Of a stretch of DNA of 22,012 nt, positions 15,780 to 22,012 are shown one piece after another. This DNA is from an uncultured Candidatus Saccharibacteria bacterium (lineage in GTDB: Bacteria > Patescibacteriota > Minisyncoccia > Minisyncoccales > CAYUHA01), in contig CAYUHA010000005.1 of NCBI GenBank assembly GCA_964444395.1, positions 1 to 22,012 on the forward strand, written 5' to 3'. The first letter of the stretch is position 1. Each line of letters opens with the position of its first letter. The notes beneath the pieces are model-generated. The model saw nothing but the letters and a program-made list of their open reading frames with translations, did not search any database and was not told where the DNA came from. A program made the position numbers and the translations under genes.

Positions 15780-16125
15780 AGAAAACTATAATCACTGCTT
15801 TTCTAATCTTCTTTTCTTTTTTTAATTTTCTTTTCTTGAACTCCCTCTTCTCTCCCCCTCCTCCTCTGGAAAAAGAAGATTAAAATGGAGGTTCTATTCT
15901 TTTCACTTTTCTTTTCTCTCTTCTCTCCTCCCCCTCTTTTAAACGGGAAGGATTAAAGTAGGGGAGGTTCTTTCTATTCCTTATTTCAAAAGGAAAAGGA
16001 AAAAGGATCAAAAAAAGAGGAAATTCTATTCTTTTCTACCGTTCTCTCGGCAAAGAAAAAAATAAAAAAACTTTTCAATTTTCCTTCTTCTTATCTTCTT
16101 AAAAAAGAAAAAATAAAGAAAGAAT
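15780..16125. repeat. Polypyrimidine and polypurine low-complexity tract upstream of the membrane-protein gene. It starts with the conserved boundary motif TAATCACTGCTTTTCTAATCTTCTTTTCTT.
   Basis: Direct reading. A near-identical motif at 2496-2530 (TAATCACTTTCTTAATTCTCTTTTCTT) lies upstream of the CaCA gene. Confidence 0.8.
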
Positions 16126-17064
16126 TTATTTTTTTTCTTCTATAAACTGGTTATAAGTTTTTGTTAAATTTATCCAATCCTTAATACTTAAAGTTTCTGC
16201 TCTTTGGGTTGGCTGGATTTTATTTTTCAAGAGCCAAATTTTTATCTTCTTACGGCTGATTTTTAAATCCTTGAGCTTTCTGTTTTTCAACCCCGGCTTT
16301 TTTAAAAAGATAAGGTCTAAACGAGATAAATTGTTTATAAGCTGTTTCCTAGGATATTTAAATCCTGCTTTTACTATATTAAAAAATAAATCCTTATCTA
16401 TTGTTTCCCCCTTCCACAAAAGTGTCCGATCGGACACTTTTGTGGAAGGGGTGATTTTGATAATTGCTGAGTCAACTTTTGGCTGAGGAAAAAAAGATTT
16501 TCTTGAAACATAAGTTATAATTTCCGGTTTGGCGTAAAATTGAACAGAAGTTGACAGAATACTCATTTTAGGCGGTTTTGCGCAAATTCTCTGAGCAACT
16601 TCTTTCTGAACCATTAAAATCATTACTTGAGGAGGATTCTTTTTCTCTAACAATTTTCTTATAACTGGGGAGACGATATAATAAGGCAAGTTAGCAATTA
16701 CTTTATAATTTATAACTGAGAATTGAGAATTGAGAACTTTCAGGATATCTTTGTTAATAATTTCAATATTTTTAAAATCTTTCAGGGTTTCTTTTAAAAT
16801 TTCACACATTTTTGCGTCTTTTTCTACGGCTATTACCCTTTTTACTTTTTTTGCTAATTCCATAGTTAAATTTCCAATTCCCGAGCCAATCTCTAAAATA
16901 ATATCTTTGGGTTTTAAGTCAGCAGTAATGATAATTTTTTCTAATATTTTTTTATCAACCAAAAAATTCTGCCCCAATTTTTTTGAAAGATGAATTTGAT
17001 ATTTTTTTAGCAAATTTTTAATTGATATCTTTGAGTATAATTCCATTATTTTCCATAATAACAT
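16126..17064 (-). CDS. rsmA: 16S rRNA (adenine1518/1519-N6)-dimethyltransferase RsmA/KsgA.
   Basis: The LGQNFLVD motif, SAM-binding LEIGSGIGNLT, a NLPYYI-like region (ANLPYYIVSP), and a C-terminal domain with QRAETLS. It is 312 aa, which is about 40 aa longer than typical. Confidence 0.88.
   Translation of the reverse strand: MLLWKIMELYSKISIKNLLKKYQIHLSKKLGQNFLVDKKILEKIIITADLKPKDIILEIGSGIGNLTMELAKKVKRVIAVEKDAKMCEILKETLKDFKNIEIINKDILKVLNSQFSVINYKVIANLPYYIVSPVIRKLLEKKNPPQVMILMVQKEVAQRICAKPPKMSILSTSVQFYAKPEIITYVSRKSFFPQPKVDSAIIKITPSTKVSDRTLLWKGETIDKDLFFNIVKAGFKYPRKQLINNLSRLDLIFLKKPGLKNRKLKDLKISRKKIKIWLLKNKIQPTQRAETLSIKDWINLTKTYNQFIEEKK
16408..16451. repeat. 44-bp perfect palindrome centred on CGATCG. 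It is embedded in-frame in rsmA and encodes PSTKVSDRTLLWKG.
   Basis: CCCCTTCCACAAAAGTGTCCGATCGGACACTTTTGTGGAAGGGG; all 22 pairs were checked. It lies in the variable linker between the methyltransferase and C-terminal domains. Confidence 0.9.
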
Positions 17065-17204
17065 AATATATTTCTTAATAAATAATTTCTTAAAAACTGC
17101 ATAAAACTAACATTTAATAGGCAAAATAATAAAATGTTAAAAAAATTTTCCAAAATATTATTAACAAAGGATAATCTTTTGATTTAGTTATGTGGAAAAG
17201 TATC

Positions 17205-17232
17205 TTGACTTGGTAAAAACTTTTAATATAAT
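17205..17232 (+). promoter_or_regulatory. Candidate sigma70-type promoter (TTGACT-N16-TATAAT) for the LysM-M23 gene.
   Basis: TTGACT at 17205-17210 and TATAAT at 17227-17232. The 10-bp hairpin GTCTTGCTTT/AAAGCAAGAC (17279-17312) lies in the 5' UTR. Confidence 0.45.
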
Positions 17233-17327
17233 TAAATTAAGCAACTGAAAAGGTTGTTTTTTTAATTATAAAGGAACCGTCTTGCTTTTTAGTTCAAAAG
17301 ACAAAGCAAGACAAATTTATTTATAGT

Positions 17328-18491
17328 TTGTTAAGAAAATTTTTTTTAGGAGCAAAGGAATTTAAAGAAAGAGCTAAAAGAAATGCTAAGAAATTTTTGA
17401 ATTGGAGTGGTTTTTTATATAACAAAAAAACAAAAATTAATAAAATTTATAAAATTTTAAAAACTATAGTCTGTCAATTTAAATTACAGACTATATTTTG
17501 TTTAGGAGTGATTTTAGCTATAGCATCAGGAATAATTCTTTTTGGAATTAATTTAAAAAATAACAATTCCTCTCTTTTTATAAAAAATAGAGAAATTAGT
17601 TTTGATGATCAATTTCTCTTTGCTGGATTAAACAATACGAGCCAGTTTTCGCCTAATTTATGTTTAGTTCAAGAAAACAGTCTTATTGGAGTTTCCGCCC
17701 CAATTACAGTAACTCCTAAAGTGTTAGGCAGTTTAATTGGAACCGCTTCTATCCCAGAAACTAATAAAGAAATTGTGGAATATATTGTTGAAGACAAAGA
17801 TACGCTTTGGTCTATTGCTATTAACTTTGGTGTTTCATTGAATACGGTTTTATGGGCCAATAATTTAACCAAAAATTCTGTGATTAAACCAGGGCAAAAA
17901 TTGATTATTCCCCCAGTAACCGGAGTAATTCATTATGTTAAAAAGGGAGACACAATAAGCTCTATTGCTAAAAAATATAAAGTAAAAAAAGATGAAATTA
18001 TTGCTTTTAATGAGATTTCAAAACCGGGAAAAATTTTTATTGGTGACATCTTAATTATTCCTAACGGCAAAATACCTGCTAATAAATTAAATTATTCTCA
18101 AATTGCTCAAGTTCCAGTAGGTTCGAATTATTTTATTTGTCCAATATTTCCTCCTTGTCGGATTACTCAAGGGCTTCATTGGTACAATGCAATAGATTTT
18201 TCTCATAAAGGAATTAGTTGCGGAGAACCAGTTTTGGCTTCAGCAGGAGGGATAATCCAAAAAATCGGTTACCATAGAATTGCCGGCAATTACATTAGAA
18301 TTCTTCATCCGAATGGAGTAGTTACTTTTTATGGACATCTATCAAAAATCATAGTTTCGGTAGGACAAAAAGTTTCCCAAGGTCAGATTATTGGTTATAT
18401 AGGACACACTGGTTATACAATACCAACAGGACCTGCTGGCTGCCACCTTCATTTTGAAGTTAGAGGCGCAAAAAATCCTTTTGCAAAATAA
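17328..18491 (+). CDS. LysM-domain M23 family peptidoglycan endopeptidase. It is membrane-anchored and has two LysM repeats.
   Basis: An N-terminal TM helix. Two LysM motifs (DTLWSIAINFGVSLNTVLWANNL..., GDTISSIAKKYKVKKDEIIAFNEI...). M23 catalytic motifs HWYNAIDF (HxxxD) and GHTG...CHLHFE (HxH). There is no in-frame ATG before the TM helix; the ORF track starts at TTG 17328, and the true start is uncertain. Confidence 0.8.
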   Translation: MLRKFFLGAKEFKERAKRNAKKFLNWSGFLYNKKTKINKIYKILKTIVCQFKLQTIFCLGVILAIASGIILFGINLKNNNSSLFIKNREISFDDQFLFAGLNNTSQFSPNLCLVQENSLIGVSAPITVTPKVLGSLIGTASIPETNKEIVEYIVEDKDTLWSIAINFGVSLNTVLWANNLTKNSVIKPGQKLIIPPVTGVIHYVKKGDTISSIAKKYKVKKDEIIAFNEISKPGKIFIGDILIIPNGKIPANKLNYSQIAQVPVGSNYFICPIFPPCRITQGLHWYNAIDFSHKGISCGEPVLASAGGIIQKIGYHRIAGNYIRILHPNGVVTFYGHLSKIIVSVGQKVSQGQIIGYIGHTGYTIPTGPAGCHLHFEVRGAKNPFAK

Positions 18492-18523
18492 ATAATCACG
18501 TAATAAACGAATTAACTGAATGA

Positions 18524-18560
18524 AATAAAAAAATCGTTTTTAAAAACGATTTTTTATTTT
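18524..18560. terminator. Bidirectional rho-independent terminator between the convergent M23 and comM genes (AAATCGTTTTT/AAAAACGATTT palindrome flanked by A- and T-runs).
   Basis: A perfect 11-bp-arm palindrome with an A-run on the 5' side and a T-run on the 3' side, in the 89-bp convergent gap. Confidence 0.7.
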
Positions 18561-18580
18561 ATTCATAGTTTTGTCATAAA

Positions 18581-20128
18581 TCATATTTCATTTCTAATTC
18601 TATACATTAATGCCTCTGACACGCATTCATATGAAATATAATCTAAATTACTTAAATCAGCAATAGTTCTCGCCACTTTTAATACTCGGTGGTAGCCTCT
18701 AACAGAAAGATCACCAGAATTAACATACTTTCTTAAAAGCATTTGAGATTTTGAATTAATTTGGCAATATTTTTTAATTTGAGGAACTTGCATTTCTGAA
18801 TTGAGATAAAATTTTTCTTGAAAAAATCTTGTCCTTTGTTTTTTGCGGGCGTTTTCTACTCTTTCTCTAACCCTAAAACTGGAATTTTCTTCCTTTCCTT
18901 CTATCAACTCCTCATATTCTACTGAAGGCACATTAATAAATAAATCAAATCTATCCATTAAAGGACCGGAAAGTTTCCTTTTATATTTATAAATCTGCGA
19001 AGAAGTACAGGTGCATTCTTTTTCAGGATGATTTAAAAATCCGCAAGGGCAAGGATTGGCTGCGGCAATTAAGATAAAGTTTGCAGGAAGGGTTAGATGG
19101 TATTTTGACCTTAATATAGTGATTTTTCCTTCTTCAATAGGTTGCCTGAGACTTTCCAATACATCACGATGAAATTCTGGAAATTCATCTAAAAATAATA
19201 CTCCCCTGTGGGCTAAAGTGATTTCTCCCACTGCTGGAGGATTCCCTCCGCCGATTAGAGCTACTTCAGAGGAGCTGTGATGAGGGGAACGAAATGGTCT
19301 GAAATCAATCAATGGTTTTGCTTCTGGTAAAAGTCCGGCTGTGCTGTAAATTTTAGTAACCTCTAAACATTCTTTGAAAGAAAGAGGAGGCAGGAGAGAA
19401 GGAATAGCTTTTGCTAAAAGAGTTTTTCCTGCGCCGGGAGGACCAATCATTAAAACATTATGACCTCCTGCCGCAGCGATTTCTAAAGCTCTTTTAGCGT
19501 ATAATTGTCCTTTAATCCATCCTAAATTAATTGGGTAACTTGGTTTTTCTAAAAATTTATTAACATTAATTTTATAAGGAGGTATATAAATTTTTCCTTC
19601 TAAATAAGCAATAGCTTGTTTTAAGGATTCCACTCCGATTATTTTTAATTTTTTTTGGTCAGATTGATCCAAATTAACCAAATCTGCTTCAGCTGCATTT
19701 GCTTCTGGTAAAATTAATTCTCTCCATTTTTTTTGTTTTGCCATTAAAGCAATGGATATAACTCCCTTAATTGGTTTCAATTTACCATCTAAAGATAATT
19801 CTCCGATACAAATTCGATTATCAGGATTAAAGTTAATCTGTCTTGAGGCAGACAAAATTCCTAATGCAATTGGAAAATCATATATAGATCCTTCTTTTTT
19901 TAAGTCGGCAGGAGCTAAATTGACTAAAATTCGGAGAGGTTGCCGGTGAAGAGAAGGAAGGTTAATGCTTTTTATTGCTGTTTCCACTCTTTCTTTTGAT
20001 TCTTGAACCGCTTTATCGGGCAATCCAACAATATTAAAATAACGGAGCCCATATGTAGCATCTGTTTCTACTTCTACAATTTTGGCATCAAGTCCTACAA
20101 TAGCTGCTGAAAATACCTTGGAAGGCAT
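18581..20128 (-). CDS. comM: YifB/ComM family Mg-chelatase-like AAA+ ATPase (competence protein ComM).
   Basis: An N-terminal Lon-like domain (MPSKVFSAAIVGLDAKIVEVE...), Walker A GPPGAGKT, Walker B LFLDEFPEF, and a C-terminal Cys cluster typical of ComM. Confidence 0.85.
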   Translation of the reverse strand: MPSKVFSAAIVGLDAKIVEVETDATYGLRYFNIVGLPDKAVQESKERVETAIKSINLPSLHRQPLRILVNLAPADLKKEGSIYDFPIALGILSASRQINFNPDNRICIGELSLDGKLKPIKGVISIALMAKQKKWRELILPEANAAEADLVNLDQSDQKKLKIIGVESLKQAIAYLEGKIYIPPYKINVNKFLEKPSYPINLGWIKGQLYAKRALEIAAAGGHNVLMIGPPGAGKTLLAKAIPSLLPPLSFKECLEVTKIYSTAGLLPEAKPLIDFRPFRSPHHSSSEVALIGGGNPPAVGEITLAHRGVLFLDEFPEFHRDVLESLRQPIEEGKITILRSKYHLTLPANFILIAAANPCPCGFLNHPEKECTCTSSQIYKYKRKLSGPLMDRFDLFINVPSVEYEELIEGKEENSSFRVRERVENARKKQRTRFFQEKFYLNSEMQVPQIKKYCQINSKSQMLLRKYVNSGDLSVRGYHRVLKVARTIADLSNLDYISYECVSEALMYRIRNEI

Positions 20129-20276
20129 ATTCGCTTAAAAAGCATTAAAGTAATAAATAATTTCTTAATAACATTTAAATACTTCTGAGCGGACCCAATA
20201 GATGGGATGTATTCTAAAATTAACAAACTTAATAAAGGTTGTAATCAGTAAAAAAACAATCTAACAGTCCCTTGTC

Positions 20277-20331
20277 TTCTTTCTCTCTTCTTTCTCTCTT
20301 CTTTCTCTCTTCTTTCTCTCTTCTTTTTCTC
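20277..20331. repeat. Tandem repeat of TTCTTTCTCTC, 11 bp, about 5 copies. It is followed by a polypurine tract at 20336-20400 (a Py-then-Pu mirror arrangement).
   Basis: Direct reading. Four perfect copies plus one variant. It lies upstream of comM. Confidence 0.85.
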
Positions 20332-20505
20332 TTTAAAAGGAAGAAAAAAGAAGGGGGGAGACCCCTCCTTCTCCCTCCTCTGGGAGATAGGATAGGAGAT
20401 AAGATTTGGCGCTTTAAGGTTGTTGCCAAATTATCCTTATTTTCTGCAGAACTAAGAATCAAATTTATTAAGACGTTAAAAAATGTTAAAAGGCTAAAGT
20501 ATATT

Positions 20506-20874
20506 CTATCTTTTGCATTTCATACAAAATCTTGCTTCAGGATAAGCTTTTAATCTTTCTTTTGAAATTGCTTTTTTGCATTTTTCACATTTTCCATACG
20601 TTCCTTTTTTTATTTTCTTCAGAGCCAGGTTAATGTCTCGCAGAAGAAGTTCTAAGCTGTGCTCAATTGGCAAAAGGTCGGTGTACTCCTCTACCTCGTC
20701 TGCCGCCTCCTCTATCCTCCGTCGCTCTATTCTATCGGTAAATTGAGGATATTTTGTGTTCCAATTTTCTTTTAGTTTTACATCTTTATTGGCAAAACTT
20801 TTCAATTCTTTTTCAATTAATTTTTTCTCTTCTTCTAATTTTGCCTTTATTTCTTCAAGAAATTTTTTGTCCAT
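20506..20874 (-). CDS. DksA/TraR family C4-type zinc-finger protein.
   Basis: A C-terminal CEKC-x17-CMKC four-Cys finger preceded by a coiled-coil, typical of the DksA/TraR/YteA-like family. Confidence 0.65.
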   Translation of the reverse strand: MDKKFLEEIKAKLEEEKKLIEKELKSFANKDVKLKENWNTKYPQFTDRIERRRIEEAADEVEEYTDLLPIEHSLELLLRDINLALKKIKKGTYGKCEKCKKAISKERLKAYPEARFCMKCKR

Positions 20875-20948
20875 ATTTTTACAGAAGCTGGGTAGCTGTA
20901 AATTTCGGCAACATTGTTCGAGTTAAGCTCGACAAGGCAGAAATAGAG

Positions 20949-22012
20949 CTAGTCTGCTTCTATTGGAGGAAATAATTTATCAATAGTTCTTGTCATACTG
21001 GTAGATGAAACAGTGAAGATAAAGTAATCTTCATACAAGCAGTAATAGATGCCTAAGTTTTTAAATTTGAAATCTTGATAACGAATGGGAAACATTTCTC
21101 TGTAAAACAGGGATTTAAAAACCGGCTTATAAGATATGGTTTCTTTATTAAACAACTTAAAGAACATTAGTTGAAGGTCCCTTTCCATATTATCTTCCCA
21201 ATTTTTCAAAAGTTCGGAAAAAATTTTTTCTTCTTTTGCCTCTTTTTCTTCTTTTTTTTCTTTTTGTTCCTCTTTTTTAATTTTCGTAACAAAACCAAAA
21301 TAATTTCCTCTAGCTTCCGGATAAATAAATAAGGTAAATTCTTCAGTTAAATTTTGATAAAAGCCCTCTGGAGTTTTAATCTCAAAACTATCAAAAAATT
21401 CCTTTAAGCCGAGAATTTTATTTTTTTCTGAATCCTTAATCAAAAGCCTGATAAATTGTCCTTCTTTATACCCTTGTTTTAAAGTTTTATGAAACAAATC
21501 AGGAAATTCATTAAGGTTAGAAATCTCTAAATTTTTAGTTAAATCCACTGGAATCAGAGAAGGAGGAGTAATAATGATAGTAGGCGGAGGCGGTGGAGCT
21601 GGAGCAGGAGCAGGCGGTCTAAGATTAAAATACCAATACCAGAAACTGAAAATGCCACCGGCAAACAATAAAATTAAACTCAAAAGCAAAAATCGAATCC
21701 AGAACTTTGCTGCAAAGGAAGGTTTTTCAGGAACAGGCCTGAATAATTGAGATGGTTTTTGCTCTGACTTCAATGAAACAGCTTCCTTTGGCTTTTGTTG
21801 AAATGTTTCTTTAATCTCTCCGCGAGCAATCTCTTCTTTTTGTTCAATTTTTTGTAAAAATCTTTTTCTTTCTTTTTCTTCCCTTGCCTGCATTTCTTTC
21901 ATTTTTTCTTTTAATCTTTCTATTTTTGTCTTCCTTTCCTTTTCTTCTTTTTTCTCTTCTTTCTCCTCTTTTTCTTCTTTTTGTTCTTTTTTTTCTTTTT
22001 CTTCTTTTTGTG
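20949..22012 (-). CDS. Membrane-anchored hypothetical protein with a KE-rich N-terminal region, a single TM helix, a Pro-rich linker (PPAPAPAPPPPP) and an extracytoplasmic domain. The 5' end probably lies beyond the window.
   Basis: The ORF track starts at M (21902), but the reading frame stays open upstream to the window edge. The upstream translation (...QKEEKEKKEQKEEKEEKEEKKEEKERKTKIERLKEK-M...) has no stop codon. Confidence 0.5.
   Translation of the reverse strand, partial: QKEEKEKKEQKEEKEEKEEKKEEKERKTKIERLKEKMKEMQAREEKERKRFLQKIEQKEEIARGEIKETFQQKPKEAVSLKSEQKPSQLFRPVPEKPSFAAKFWIRFLLLSLILLFAGGIFSFWYWYFNLRPPAPAPAPPPPPTIIITPPSLIPVDLTKNLEISNLNEFPDLFHKTLKQGYKEGQFIRLLIKDSEKNKILGLKEFFDSFEIKTPEGFYQNLTEEFTLFIYPEARGNYFGFVTKIKKEEQKEKKEEKEAKEEKIFSELLKNWEDNMERDLQLMFFKLFNKETISYKPVFKSLFYREMFPIRYQDFKFKNLGIYYCLYEDYFIFTVSSTSMTRTIDKLFPPIEAD

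Noticed and set aside
20277-20331. Possible CRISPR array, suggested by the tandem repeats here and at 5233-5283 and 6843-6893.
   Set aside because: The repeat units are only 9-25 bp and directly abut each other with no unique spacers. No cas genes are present.
20229-20553. Two overlapping ORFs (77 aa on the minus strand, 93 aa on the plus strand) in the comM upstream region.
   Set aside because: Both are translations of the (TTCTTTCTCTC)n tandem repeat and the polypurine tract. They are low-complexity and mutually overlapping, and they are not credible genes.

Overview
This is an AT-rich bacterial chromosomal segment, and its gene content and compact organisation look like a CPR/Patescibacteria-type genome. 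Most genes are housekeeping genes on the minus strand. In order they are: a type IV prepilin N-terminus at the left edge, an Fpg/Nei DNA glycosylase, a small basic hypothetical protein, a CaCA Na+/Ca2+ exchanger, clpP, tig, nusA, yraN, a two-subunit 2-oxoacid:ferredoxin oxidoreductase (beta subunit plus a fused gamma-alpha subunit), tRNA-Ala(CGC), a glycine-zipper lipoprotein with a C-terminal zinc ribbon, an SPFH/band-7 protein on the plus strand, a hypothetical protein, a large polytopic membrane protein, rsmA/ksgA, a LysM-M23 peptidase on the plus strand, comM/yifB, a DksA/TraR-like zinc-finger protein, and a membrane-anchored protein with a KE-rich N-terminus that runs off the right edge. 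The unusual content is in the non-coding DNA. There is a family of roughly 190-275 bp hairpin-ended MITE-like palindromic elements in three copies, one carrying a nested insert and a 7-bp target-site duplication. There are long perfect or near-perfect palindromes all centred on CGATCG, and one of them lies in-frame inside rsmA. Polypyrimidine and polypurine mirror tracts recur upstream of minus-strand genes and share a boundary motif. The same purine-rich composition appears in coding regions, where it produces KE-rich low-complexity tails. Several strongly structured intergenic elements flank the oxidoreductase operon. The block from about 10.8 to 15.7 kb (tRNA, MITE, lipoprotein-zinc-ribbon, SPFH, hypothetical, large membrane protein) is the most accessory-looking part of the window. 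Coordinates for non-CDS features were counted by hand from the sequence layout and may be off by 1-2 bp.
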